A stretch of 64,000 bases of DNA from Theionarchaea archaeon (GTDB lineage: Archaea; Methanobacteriota_B; Thermococci; Methanofastidiosales; SZ-28-30): positions 178-64,177 of the forward strand of contig JACVGW010000003.1 of the NCBI GenBank assembly GCA_018992565.1, in the 5' to 3' direction. Shown here in pieces: positions 1-9,699 of this stretch; within the stretch, counting starts at the first letter, position 1, and the number at the start of each line of letters is the position of its first letter. The translations under genes and the position numbers were made by a program. Under the pieces are notes generated by a model, which ran no database searches, was not told where the DNA came from, and worked only from the letters and a program-made list of their open reading frames with translations.

Positions 1-71
1 GTATTGGAAGTTCTGAAAATTCTCCCACTCACAGTTGTGAAAAACCTCTCCTGGATTCTACTTTTGAAGCA

Positions 72-740
72 GTGACACTGCCTGGAGGACCTGGTCTCCT
101 GTTCAATGGTATGGCCTATTCTTCTGCAGGAGAATGTGATCAAGATGTACTGGGCCTCATGGAAATTTCAATTCCTGGTTCACCATGGAAGGTGTACACT
201 GAGACAGAATCCCGGAACCCCGTATTCCTGTACGTAGAAAAGGACGATGTTCTTGAGAAGTATTCCAGGAACAATGGGGGAAAGGTGCTTTTTCTGGAGA
301 TCAGGAAAAAGAGAGAAGCGACCCAGACCAGTGGGGGGAAGAGAGGAGGACATGAAGGAAGTCCTGTGACCTACGTGTATGATCCTGAGGATAGAGTTTT
401 GAGAGGGAACGTAGGATTCCCCCTGGATGAATTCCTGATGATGGTATGTGGATTCTTCCAGGAGAAAACTGGAGATCAGGAGGTCGGACAGGTCTGGTAT
501 CTCTATGGAATAACAGAGTTCCCCCGGACTATTTCTGATGTTGAAATCCTGGGTGTGGAAAGCGATGGTACAGTGCACCTTTTCATCTTCTGTGAACACC
601 TGGTGATTCCTGCGGGTGAGTCCCGGGAGGTGAACAGGTCATTCCAGGAGGTCATCATTGACTCTTCATACGTTGTAGTTATTACTGTTACAATAGAGAA
701 TTACGGGGTCATCGACCTCGAGAGTGTGGTTGCAGAATAG
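72..740 (+). CDS. hypothetical protein; the frame is open back to the window edge, so the gene may start upstream
   Basis: Long ORF with no in-frame stop between position 3 and 72; GTG/ATG start uncertain; no recognisable motif. Confidence 0.3.
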   Translation: MTLPGGPGLLFNGMAYSSAGECDQDVLGLMEISIPGSPWKVYTETESRNPVFLYVEKDDVLEKYSRNNGGKVLFLEIRKKREATQTSGGKRGGHEGSPVTYVYDPEDRVLRGNVGFPLDEFLMMVCGFFQEKTGDQEVGQVWYLYGITEFPRTISDVEILGVESDGTVHLFIFCEHLVIPAGESREVNRSFQEVIIDSSYVVVITVTIENYGVIDLESVVAE

Positions 741-902
741 CCGCTGGTGTGCTGATCCGGTACAACCCCCGGGGAACCCCCAATGAGAGAGAACAGAAGA
801 GACCACCTCTATGCATCGGGAGTGCTCTGCACCAACAACCCCGCTTTTTTCACGAATTGTTCTAACAGCAAGGTTTAAAAGTTCACGTTTCGACATTTTT
901 TC

Positions 903-1712
903 ATGAAAGTGGCAGCCGTGCTCCTGTGTATCGTGGTGGCATTCTGTGTGGGATCACTGGCATCCGTACTTGAAATGGAGCGACATAACAATCCACTGTC
1001 TGCCCCAGAAGAGGAGGTCTCATACCATGTTCAACTCAACAATGTGTTGCTGCCACTCATTCTCACTCTCTGGATTGTCATCATTCTCGTTTCCCTCACC
1101 AGTAGATCAAAAATAAAGAAGCAGCGGCTGGTGGATGACAGCGTGTCCTGGTTGTCGACACTTGGCCTCGCTCTGGGACTGAGTCTCTTGCTGTGTGTCA
1201 TGTACTTCACCTTCAGGGATCCCAGAACCCTGGAATCCCTCCTCCCGCTGAGAAGGCCCATGAATGCTGACACACTCTTCAGCGAACCGTTGATTATCAG
1301 GTCCCCGACAACCATGGAGAGAGGCATTTACTACATTGGCATCCTGATCCTGGTGTTACTGATAGTTCTTTTAATAGTGGCTTTCATTGCTTTTTCCATG
1401 AAGAGAGGGTATATGAGAACCTCTATTCTCCAGAAAATTGAGAGAGAAAGGAGAAAATCGTTTTCCTTTGACGGATCTCACAGGGAAATTGTGATCAACG
1501 CGTATGGAGCTTCCTGCGATCACCTGGAGACACGGGGATTCTCATTCGATAAGGCAAAGACTGCAACCGAGGTTAAAGAAGATCTGAAAGATTCCAACCT
1601 TGAACAGCTGACCTATTTGTTTGAGAAAGCCCGCTATTCACATCACACAGTCACCAAACAGGATTCTGATCAGGCCCTGGCTTATTACGGGAGGCTGAAA
1701 CATGAAGGTTGA
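903..1712 (+). CDS. membrane protein of a MoxR-associated operon (DUF4129-like position)
   Basis: N-terminal signal/TM and two further hydrophobic segments; lies immediately upstream of the MoxR/DUF58 genes with overlapping stop/start. Confidence 0.4.
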   Translation: MKVAAVLLCIVVAFCVGSLASVLEMERHNNPLSAPEEEVSYHVQLNNVLLPLILTLWIVIILVSLTSRSKIKKQRLVDDSVSWLSTLGLALGLSLLLCVMYFTFRDPRTLESLLPLRRPMNADTLFSEPLIIRSPTTMERGIYYIGILILVLLIVLLIVAFIAFSMKRGYMRTSILQKIERERRKSFSFDGSHREIVINAYGASCDHLETRGFSFDKAKTATEVKEDLKDSNLEQLTYLFEKARYSHHTVTKQDSDQALAYYGRLKHEG

Positions 1713-2088
1713 AAAGCTGTTTGATCTTGTGGGGAGTATCCTGCTGGCGACAGTCATCCTGTTTTTTGTCCTCCTGGTGATGTATTTTTCTTTAAAGGTT
1801 GCTTCAGCAGGAGTTGTGGTGTCTCTGATAGTACTTGCAGCAACCCTGTTCCTCTTGTGGTTCTACTGGAAGGATGTTTCTCCTGCAACCTCTCTCAGGC
1901 CAGGGACGAGGAAGGGACAGAAAGGAAGAATACAGGCTCTGACCAGGGTGATTGAGAGGGCCTCCAGAGGGTATGATGTTTCTCGAGAGCAGGTTGATAC
2001 ATTGATCACATATGTCACAGGAGAAGATATCCATGTTGAAGGAAAAGGAGAGCAGTACCTCAAGAACCTGGAAGAGGTGCTCACATGA
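1702..2088 (+). CDS. small membrane protein (two TM helices)
   Basis: Hydrophobic N-terminal half; start overlaps the upstream gene and stop overlaps the MoxR start (2085), suggesting operon coupling. Confidence 0.35.
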   Translation: MKVEKLFDLVGSILLATVILFFVLLVMYFSLKVASAGVVVSLIVLAATLFLLWFYWKDVSPATSLRPGTRKGQKGRIQALTRVIERASRGYDVSREQVDTLITYVTGEDIHVEGKGEQYLKNLEEVLT

Positions 2089-3026
2089 CAGTTGAGGAAG
2101 ATTGCGCCAGGATCATGGATGAGATCAGTACGGTTATCGTAGGAAAAAGAGATGTCATGGAACATATCTTATGTGCCATTTTGAGCCACGGGCACATCCT
2201 CTTTGAAGACTATCCGGGACTCGCCAAGACATTGATGGCGTACTGCTTTTCACAGGCTCTGGGTTGTGATTTCAAGAGAATCCAGTTTACTCCCGACCTT
2301 CTTCCAGCAGACATTACAGGTACCTACATCTACAACCAGTTGAACATGACCTTTGACCTCAGGAAAGGTCCCATTTTTACCAATGTCCTGCTGGCAGATG
2401 AGATTAACAGGGCACCGCCCAAGACGCAGTCTGCACTTCTGGAAGCCATGCAGGAACGGCAGGTTACCCTGGAAGGTGATACGTACAGGATGGCAGAACC
2501 CTTCATCGTTATGGCCACTCAGAATCCCATTGAATATGAAGGGACGTACCCTCTTCCAGAGGCCCAGCTGGATCGGTTTCTCATCAAAACGTCTGTGGGC
2601 TACCCCTCGAAAGAGCAGGAAATAGAAATCATTGAGCGTAGGAAAGAACGGAAAGAAGACGAAGTTCATGTAAAAAGAGTTGTTAACGCCAAAGAGATCA
2701 TGAAAATGCAGAGGGCATGTGAAGAGGTGTTCATTCATCATGATATACAGCAGTACATTGTCAGTCTCGTTCAGGCTACCAGAGAACATCCCGGCGTGGA
2801 GGTGGGTGCATCTCCGAGGGGATCTCTGGCCCTGTTCAAACTGGCCCGTGCCCGGGCAGCACTTCATGGGAGAGATTTTGTCCTGCCTGATGATATCAAA
2901 GATGTTGTCATGCCAGCACTGCGTCATCGCATCATTCTCAAACCAGAAATCTGGTATACCCGGGTGCATGAAGATACTATTCTGGCCCAGATACTTGAGA
3001 AAATTCCAGTGCCCAAGGTGGAGTGA
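2085..3026 (+). CDS. MoxR-family AAA+ ATPase
   Basis: Motif LLADEINRAPPKTQSALLEAMQERQVTLEG and the typical MoxR C-terminal region; length 313 aa. Confidence 0.85.
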   Translation: MTVEEDCARIMDEISTVIVGKRDVMEHILCAILSHGHILFEDYPGLAKTLMAYCFSQALGCDFKRIQFTPDLLPADITGTYIYNQLNMTFDLRKGPIFTNVLLADEINRAPPKTQSALLEAMQERQVTLEGDTYRMAEPFIVMATQNPIEYEGTYPLPEAQLDRFLIKTSVGYPSKEQEIEIIERRKERKEDEVHVKRVVNAKEIMKMQRACEEVFIHHDIQQYIVSLVQATREHPGVEVGASPRGSLALFKLARARAALHGRDFVLPDDIKDVVMPALRHRIILKPEIWYTRVHEDTILAQILEKIPVPKVE

Positions 3027-4279
3027 TACCAGCCATGTACTCCTCCAAGGTTTTCGCTATCCTGGGAATAGCCCTGCTCTTTTTCGTGTTGGGAATCCTG
3101 CTCAAACTGCCCCCTCTCCTCTTCATATCGCTCCCTTTCATGATGTATCTCATACTCTCCTCTGCAGGCTGCCCCAGGGCAGAATTCGTGGTGGAGAGGG
3201 GTGACCTTCCTGCCAGGATGCTTGCAGGCGATTCTACAGCAATCACGCTTTCAGTGAGACTCTCTCAGGGACGTGTTCCTCACCTCATGGAAATCAGAGA
3301 TACAGTGAACACAGGTCCTGACGCATACTTCATGGTGAGAGGAGAACCACTGCTCTCGCTCCAGTACAGAAGAGGTGTAAAGAGAGGATTCCTGGAGGTT
3401 GGTCCCACCACCCTCTGCCTGTCCAACTTCTCCCGCACAGTGTTCAGTATCGCAGAATGTCCTGACTCAGCCAGGGTGACTGTACTCCCCAGAGTGCACC
3501 CGGTGAGAGTCGGGATGTCCCCTCGATTTACCACATCATTTCATGGACCCATTCCTTCACACAAAGCAGGAGCAGGTGAGGAATTCTACGCCCTGAGGAA
3601 CTACCTTCCCGGAGATGGGTTCAGGACAGTAAACTGGAAGGCTACAGCCAGACGGGCAACTCTCATTTCCAATGAGTTCGAAGCAGAGAGGGTATCTGAG
3701 GCCATACTTGTCATAGACGCCAGCAACCATACAGGAATAGGAGAGGCAAAGAGCCTGCTGGACTATGAGCTGGATGTTGCAGCGTCCATAGCCCGGTTTC
3801 TTCTGGCCCAGGGGCACAGAGTGGGAGCTTTCATATACAGTGATTACTTCCACTGGATATCTCCTGGAACTACACATCGGCACTTTATCAAAATGCTGGA
3901 TGTCTTTGCTGCTATTTCCCCTGCAGGGTTCCACAGAACGCAGTATGCTGCAGCCTACGTTTCTGCCTATGCACGCGGTGGCTCCCAGGTTATCATTATA
4001 TCGTCATGTGAAGATCCTGGAGCACTGGATGCTGTGCTGGACCTGCGTGCTGCAGGACTCCAGGTCATGGTGCTCTCTCCTTCCCCTGAGAGCATCGAAT
4101 GGCAGGAAATCAGCCATACTCGCTACGCTGAAGCAGCTCGAGCCCTTCTGCAGAAAGAACGGAGATTGACCTTTTCGCAGCTGAATGCTCTGTGCAGGGC
4201 GGTGGACTGGGATGTATCCTGTCCTCTGGAAGATATCTTGAAGAAGGTGGAACCATGGCTCCGAAACAAGCCACGATAA
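3023..4279 (+). CDS. DUF58-domain protein (VWA-like MoxR partner)
   Basis: N-terminal TM helices, then the conserved DUF58/VWA-like segment LVIDASNHTG...GAFIYSDYFHWISPG; 4-nt overlap with the MoxR gene. Confidence 0.75.
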   Translation: MIPAMYSSKVFAILGIALLFFVLGILLKLPPLLFISLPFMMYLILSSAGCPRAEFVVERGDLPARMLAGDSTAITLSVRLSQGRVPHLMEIRDTVNTGPDAYFMVRGEPLLSLQYRRGVKRGFLEVGPTTLCLSNFSRTVFSIAECPDSARVTVLPRVHPVRVGMSPRFTTSFHGPIPSHKAGAGEEFYALRNYLPGDGFRTVNWKATARRATLISNEFEAERVSEAILVIDASNHTGIGEAKSLLDYELDVAASIARFLLAQGHRVGAFIYSDYFHWISPGTTHRHFIKMLDVFAAISPAGFHRTQYAAAYVSAYARGGSQVIIISSCEDPGALDAVLDLRAAGLQVMVLSPSPESIEWQEISHTRYAEAARALLQKERRLTFSQLNALCRAVDWDVSCPLEDILKKVEPWLRNKPR

Positions 4280-4764
4280 AGACTGTTATCTCCATCACTG
4301 CTTTGGGGATCAGCATACCGTTCTATGCCCAGAGCTCAATTCACGGGGCAGAGATACTCATGGCAGTCTGTCTGGCTGCGTTGATATGGGTGTACCTCCC
4401 ACTCTCCAGGGTTCTGGTGGTTGTATGGGGGGCATTGCTGGTAACGGATATGCTGCTTCTGAGAATGAGTACGTATGCACTTATTTTTGTGGTAGCCTTC
4501 CTCATTGTCCTGTATGAGCTCTGCGATTTCTTGAATTTTCATTCCGTGGAAACAGATGTGCAGGAAACACATGATGAGGTCATGACAGCTCATCTGAAGT
4601 ACATTGCACTGTTATTCTTTGGATGCAGCATTATCCCTGCCATGATCGCTTTGCTGGCCCAGGTTGTTGGATTGCAGATCGGGCAGGAAGCCGCCTTAAC
4701 CATACTGCTCTATGCAGGGATAGTCCTCACAGTGCTGGCACTTGTCAAGCTCATACCTACGTGA
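4252..4764 (+). CDS. polytopic membrane protein
   Basis: At least five hydrophobic helices; internal ATG at 4252 preferred over the 4192 start, which overlaps DUF58 extensively. Confidence 0.4.
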   Translation, partial: TMAPKQATIKTVISITALGISIPFYAQSSIHGAEILMAVCLAALIWVYLPLSRVLVVVWGALLVTDMLLLRMSTYALIFVVAFLIVLYELCDFLNFHSVETDVQETHDEVMTAHLKYIALLFFGCSIIPAMIALLAQVVGLQIGQEAALTILLYAGIVLTVLALVKLIPT

Positions 4765-6862
4765 TTCTCATTTCCCGGAATTGCCTCACCATTGCAGCTA
4801 TGGCCAGGATGAAAACTGCTGCCACCAGGAGAGGAATCACCAGGTCACCTGAGTCGTCCAGGAAACTCTTGGGCCGCCCCCAGAGTGTGACCATGGATCG
4901 AGATGAAGCATCGTACACCTGAACTACCAGAATGTCCCCGGGTTTCAGGTCTCTGTATCCTGCTCTATCCCAGGGTGAGATGAAGTTCTTGTAGAGGAAA
5001 GGGGTTCCATATTCCCCTGGATGTGTCGTGACTTCATTCAGAATGAAAGGTCCAGGGATATAAGCCGGGAAGAGATGAGCACTCTCCCCAGAATACCAGT
5101 ACATCATTGTGGTAGGGATTCCCACAGATTTCAAATCCATCATACTCTGATAGGTGTGACAGATGCATGCTTCCTCCGTTGGGGATTCCCAGTTCTTGGC
5201 ACTCACAAAAACAAAGAGTCTGTCGCGATCCTCACCATGTTCTTCAATAGTCTTCACCAGAGAAAGCCCGTTTTCCAGGTACTTCTCACGCAGGTAAGTG
5301 TCTTCCCACAGGTTCAGGAGGGTGACCCTCCTCTCTTCCAGGGTGAAGACATTGTGGGCTATGGCAAAAATAGCTGCATTTCCTCGCATCAAAGGTGAAG
5401 ACGTGGATTCCATTGCAGTTATAGTACCATCACGGTTGACCAGGTACTGGTACGGAATATCCAGGAGGTAGTAGAGCTCGTCCTCGCTCATCTCACGTAC
5501 GTTCACCATCAGGTCGGTATCCATAAAATAGTCAAGGAGGGTGACATACGTTGAAAATTCAAGGTCATTTACCCATTCATCCCCCGACAAAACAGTCAGA
5601 TCACTCTCGAAGAGGGTCCAGTCATAGAACCGCTCTCCGTAGATGTCAAGGGAGACCTTGATCAGAGACATATAGGGACTGAGGGTCTCGCAGGGGAAAG
5701 CCTGGACAGTCTGCCACAACAGGTGATACCGATATTTCTCAAATCGGTCCTCATAGACCAGCCCTTCACTGGCGAAGTGGGCAGCTTCAATGGCAGACTC
5801 ATATGTGTCTACAGGTGAAAACTCTGAAAGAACAGCGAGGAACCGAATAACTGATCCATTGTTCTCTGAAAAGTCTTGAAGGTACCCTCGTTCCTCCAGA
5901 TAGGAGGCAAATGCACTGTCAGCCAGAAAGAGATGCGCCACATTTTCCGTGAAGTACGCGTGGCTCTCCTCTACAGGACGAGGAAGCCTCTCAAAAAGAG
6001 CAAAGCCCAGCTGCTGATCCTCATTCACAATAGCACTGAGCGAAGACCATACGCGCCAGGACTCTGTGGTCAGCGGTTTCAGTTCAAGACATTCAAACAG
6101 GTGGGGGTCTTTGTCTATAAGGCGATTGACATAGTGAAGCTGGGCCACATCCGTATTCTCAATAGTCAGAAAGGACTCCAGGTCTGTCACCTCAGTGACC
6201 AGCTGGGGAGAATAGTCATACAGCAATCGCAATTCCTGGAGAGCTACAACTTCTTCATGAGTGAGAAAATCACAGAACCACGTCTTTCCTAAAACCGTAA
6301 GGGAATACTCCACAGGAGCCTCTGCCAGAATCTCCAGGACGGTGACTTCTTCGGCGGTGACAAATGTCTTGAACCACTCGCAGGACAGGACCTGTGAAGC
6401 CACATGCTCGCTCTTCACTGAAATCGCGTAAATGAGGTTGACTGACCTGAGTTCCTTTTCACTGAGAGTATCACCTGTCCACCAGCAACCCATAACACTC
6501 TCTGCCAGGGAAGGATCCAGCTCAGAGAGGTCCACCACAGTCTTCAGGAAAGCTGCTTCATTTTCGGAAACGTAGTCACTGATCCATGCTGCATGGATGA
6601 TCAGAGAAGCAGAAGCAGGGCTCCTGTCTGCCAGTGTACAGATATAGTCCACATACGTCACTTCTGGCGTGGTCCCTCTCCGGGCAGCCCACTTCACCCA
6701 GGGATACTCCTTGATAGCTGCATAGATCTCAGGGTGCTGTGCACAGAGGAACGAGGTATCCTCCTCTTCATGCTGCTGGATACATCCTGCCCAGAGAATA
6801 GCCAGGATAATACACAGTGAAATGTGTCTGACAGGGGGGTCATGACTGCGCATTGTGCTCAT
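4757..6862 (-). CDS. large signal-anchored/secreted protein with a C-terminal TM anchor; possible transglutaminase-like Cys/His core
   Basis: N-terminal hydrophobic segment and C-terminal TM (LVIPLLVAAVFILAIAAMV); segment WESPTEEACICHTYQSMMDL resembles a transglutaminase-like catalytic Cys region; convergent to the MoxR operon. Confidence 0.4.
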   Translation of the reverse strand: MSTMRSHDPPVRHISLCIILAILWAGCIQQHEEEDTSFLCAQHPEIYAAIKEYPWVKWAARRGTTPEVTYVDYICTLADRSPASASLIIHAAWISDYVSENEAAFLKTVVDLSELDPSLAESVMGCWWTGDTLSEKELRSVNLIYAISVKSEHVASQVLSCEWFKTFVTAEEVTVLEILAEAPVEYSLTVLGKTWFCDFLTHEEVVALQELRLLYDYSPQLVTEVTDLESFLTIENTDVAQLHYVNRLIDKDPHLFECLELKPLTTESWRVWSSLSAIVNEDQQLGFALFERLPRPVEESHAYFTENVAHLFLADSAFASYLEERGYLQDFSENNGSVIRFLAVLSEFSPVDTYESAIEAAHFASEGLVYEDRFEKYRYHLLWQTVQAFPCETLSPYMSLIKVSLDIYGERFYDWTLFESDLTVLSGDEWVNDLEFSTYVTLLDYFMDTDLMVNVREMSEDELYYLLDIPYQYLVNRDGTITAMESTSSPLMRGNAAIFAIAHNVFTLEERRVTLLNLWEDTYLREKYLENGLSLVKTIEEHGEDRDRLFVFVSAKNWESPTEEACICHTYQSMMDLKSVGIPTTMMYWYSGESAHLFPAYIPGPFILNEVTTHPGEYGTPFLYKNFISPWDRAGYRDLKPGDILVVQVYDASSRSMVTLWGRPKSFLDDSGDLVIPLLVAAVFILAIAAMVRQFREMRIT

Positions 6863-6865
6863 AGT

Positions 6866-7279
6866 TCATTTACTTGAATGCAATATAAACCCTATGACAA
6901 GCCCGAGAAAGAGAACCATCAGGAGCAGGATGGAATACACCATTGACCACCCCAGTGCACTGAACAGCACAGGCTCCAGGGCAGGGTTGATCCCCATGAA
7001 GGATGGTATGCTGTAAAGCAGGGCAGTGAGCACAAAGGTCACAAGGACTATTGCCAGGCAGACGAGAAAGGATTTCCTGATATCCTTTACGATGAGGACT
7101 GTCAGGTACCCCAGAATGAGACCTGATCCAAATAGGAACGACATATTGAAAGAGGGAAACGTAGTTATCCGCTCCAGCATCAAGAAAATGGTAAAGGAAG
7201 AAAGAATGAATGCAGCAAGGAGGATAAAGACAATGTGTTGTAGCACGCTTTTCTTGTCCTCAATGACCAGGGATATCAT
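6866..7279 (-). CDS. small polytopic membrane protein
   Basis: Four hydrophobic helices; adjacent to the upstream gene with no gap. Confidence 0.4.
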   Translation of the reverse strand: MISLVIEDKKSVLQHIVFILLAAFILSSFTIFLMLERITTFPSFNMSFLFGSGLILGYLTVLIVKDIRKSFLVCLAIVLVTFVLTALLYSIPSFMGINPALEPVLFSALGWSMVYSILLLMVLFLGLVIGFILHSSK

Positions 7280-7776
7280 TCCATCACCCAGTATTCAACT
7301 GTGCTGGTATTCAAACGGAGTCCTTTGAAGGGAAGTTCCAGGACTATTTCAAGCTCCATCATCCATATCATCTTACCGAACTCTCTGGCCTCGTAAACGT
7401 ATTCCATAGGATACTGGTGGATATCTCCCGAGAACTGGACAACAGTCTCGCCAGGAGGTAATGTCTGGGTGTGGTAGAGTGCGTCTGATTTTATGAACCG
7501 TCCATTAACGTACAGGAGATACCGAATCTGAAACGTTCTCAGGACCACAGACGAGGGATTGATACACTTGAGCCTCACAGTCAATTCTCCCTGGTTCCCT
7601 TTTTCCTTGAGTTCCAGGCCTATCAGTTCATACTCCATACCGTGTGAAGCCTCGGCGGCCTGAACGTACCGCACAAGCGTCGTATAGAGAAATCCTCCAC
7701 TGATCAGCGCCCAGAAAAGTAAAAGAAGGAGGATAGCATTCTCTCTCTTCATACTACCCCCTCTGGAAACACGCAA
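7276..7776 (-). CDS. secreted/anchored hypothetical protein
   Basis: N-terminal signal/TM (AILLLLLFWALISGGFLY); overlaps neighbouring genes by 4 nt. Confidence 0.4.
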   Translation of the reverse strand: MRVSRGGSMKRENAILLLLLFWALISGGFLYTTLVRYVQAAEASHGMEYELIGLELKEKGNQGELTVRLKCINPSSVVLRTFQIRYLLYVNGRFIKSDALYHTQTLPPGETVVQFSGDIHQYPMEYVYEAREFGKMIWMMELEIVLELPFKGLRLNTSTVEYWVME

Positions 7777-8722
7777 CCCAGTGACCGTTTTCCACCTCTG
7801 TCAGGACAGGATCCTGTTGAGTACATATTTCTTTTGCATATTCGCATCGTGGTGCAAATCGACACCCGGGAGGCGGATTGATGGGAGTAGGGACACGCCC
7901 CCGTAACTCTATCCGCTCTCTCTTCTCCTTGGGATCGGGCACAGGTACAGCAGATAGAAGTGCCTTGGTGTAGGGGTGGTAAGGATTTCCAATGAGCTCT
8001 TCTGTTTCTGCCAGTTCCACCATTTTTCCCACGTACATGATGGCAACCCTGTTGCACATGTACCTCGCCACTGCCAGATCATGTGTGACAAAAACCAGCG
8101 TCAGGTTGAACCGCTCCTTCAACTCCAGGAGAAGGTTCATAACCCCTGCTCTGATAGACACATCCAGCATGGACATGGGCTCGTCTGCCACAATAAACTC
8201 AGGGTTGATCACCAGTGCTCGTGCCACTGCGATCCTCTGCCTCTGTCCTCCGCTGAGTTCATGAGGAAATCGGAAGATGAAATCCTCAGGCGGGTTCAGG
8301 TCTACAGTCTTTAGCGCATTGGCCACCAGCTCTTCTCGTTCTTCAGGGGTTCCAATGTCCTGGATAATCAGAGGCTCTGCTATAGTATCCATTATAGAGA
8401 ACCGGGGGTTTAGAGATTCATAGGGGTCCTGGAATATCATCTGCACATTCTTCCTGAATTCCTTGAGGGCAGACCCTTTCAAGTACGCTATGTCCTCTCC
8501 TTTGAAGTAAATGTGTCCTTCAGTAGGGTCAATCAATCGGACCAGGAGCTTTCCACAGGTGGTCTTTCCACATCCGGATTCCCCCGCCAGACCGAAGCTC
8601 TCTCCTTTTTCTATCTGAAAAGAAACATCTTCTACTGCATGAACAAAGTTCTGCTGTTTCTGGAAGAGACCTCCCTTGAGGGCGAATAATTTTGTCAGGT
8701 TTTGAACATCTAGTAACGGCAT
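7754..8722 (-). CDS. oppF: oligopeptide/dipeptide ABC transporter ATP-binding protein (OppF/DppF type)
   Basis: Walker [10 protein letters not shown], signature LSGGQRQR, Walker B IVADEP, C-terminal Cys-rich oligopeptide-type extension. Confidence 0.85.
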   Translation of the reverse strand: MPLLDVQNLTKLFALKGGLFQKQQNFVHAVEDVSFQIEKGESFGLAGESGCGKTTCGKLLVRLIDPTEGHIYFKGEDIAYLKGSALKEFRKNVQMIFQDPYESLNPRFSIMDTIAEPLIIQDIGTPEEREELVANALKTVDLNPPEDFIFRFPHELSGGQRQRIAVARALVINPEFIVADEPMSMLDVSIRAGVMNLLLELKERFNLTLVFVTHDLAVARYMCNRVAIMYVGKMVELAETEELIGNPYHPYTKALLSAVPVPDPKEKRERIELRGRVPTPINPPPGCRFAPRCEYAKEICTQQDPVLTEVENGHWVACFQRG

Positions 8723-8726
8723 TGGA

Positions 8727-9695
8727 TCACCTCAATGATAATTCTCCCGCATAATGACATGCTGCGTAGTGCCTCTCCTTGAATTCCTTGAAGACGGGCA
8801 CTTCTTCCTTGCACAGTCTCTGGGCGTAGGGACAGCGGGTATGGAACCTACATCCTGTGGGTGGGTTGAGCAGGTTAGGCGGTTCTCCTGGAATGGGGGT
8901 CAGCTTCTTTAAAGGTCCTTTAATACTGGGGAACGAGGAGAGCAGCCCATGGGTATACGGATGAAGGGGAGATGCGAACAGTGTAACAGAATCTGCATAC
9001 TCCACCACATTCCCTGCATACATGACAGCTATTCGCTCGCAGGTTTCAGCAATCACCGAGATGTCATGAGAAATGTACATCATGGTCATGTTGAGCTTGG
9101 CCTGTATTTTCTTGATTTCCTTTATGATGCTATCCTGGACAATCACATCCAGGGCAGTAGTGGGTTCGTCCGCAATGATCATGTCGGGATCACATGCCAG
9201 GGCCATGGCGATGATGGCCCGCTGCTTCATTCCTCCACTGTACTCATGGGGAAAGTTCTCTGCTCGTTCTGGGGACATACCAACCAGCTCATACAGTCGA
9301 GCTACCCGCTCATGTGCTTCTTCTTTGGTAACATCCTCGTGGATCATGATGGCTTCCACAATCTGATCTCCCACCTTGTACACTGGGTTGAGAGCATTCA
9401 TGGCAGCCTGGAAAATCATGGATATTCCATTCCACCTGACAGCCCTCATCTCGTCTTCAGATTTGGGGACCAGATCTTCTCCTTTGAACAGAATCTCTCC
9501 ATCCAGTATGCGTCCATTGTCAGGAAGAAGCTTCAGTATAGAGATTCCTATGGACGTCTTTCCACATCCAGATTCGCCCACCAGTCCTACAGATTCTCCC
9601 TTCCCGATTTCAAGAGAAACTCCCTCTACCGCTTTCACATCTCCTTTTTTGGTAGAAAAGTACATTCTTAGGTTATTGACTTCGAGAATCTTCAC
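8727..9695 (-). CDS. oppD: oligopeptide ABC transporter ATP-binding protein (OppD/DppD type)
   Basis: Walker [10 protein letters not shown], signature YSGGMKQR, Walker B IIADEPTTALD, C-terminal CRFHTRC motif. Confidence 0.85.
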   Translation of the reverse strand: MKILEVNNLRMYFSTKKGDVKAVEGVSLEIGKGESVGLVGESGCGKTSIGISILKLLPDNGRILDGEILFKGEDLVPKSEDEMRAVRWNGISMIFQAAMNALNPVYKVGDQIVEAIMIHEDVTKEEAHERVARLYELVGMSPERAENFPHEYSGGMKQRAIIAMALACDPDMIIADEPTTALDVIVQDSIIKEIKKIQAKLNMTMMYISHDISVIAETCERIAVMYAGNVVEYADSVTLFASPLHPYTHGLLSSFPSIKGPLKKLTPIPGEPPNLLNPPTGCRFHTRCPYAQRLCKEEVPVFKEFKERHYAACHYAGELSLR

Positions 9696-9699
9696 CGGA

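Noticed and set aside
2250-2969. 239-aa minus-strand ORF overlapping the MoxR ATPase gene
   Set aside because: It is antisense to a gene with an unambiguous MoxR motif set and has no start context of its own.
8949-9671. 240-aa plus-strand ORF (and similar ORFs at 7976..8314, 9073..9762, 15904..16587, 16961..17413, 17482..17958) inside the ABC ATPase and permease genes
   Set aside because: These are antisense shadow ORFs within strongly supported transporter genes. They have no motifs and their composition is biased by the opposite-strand codons.
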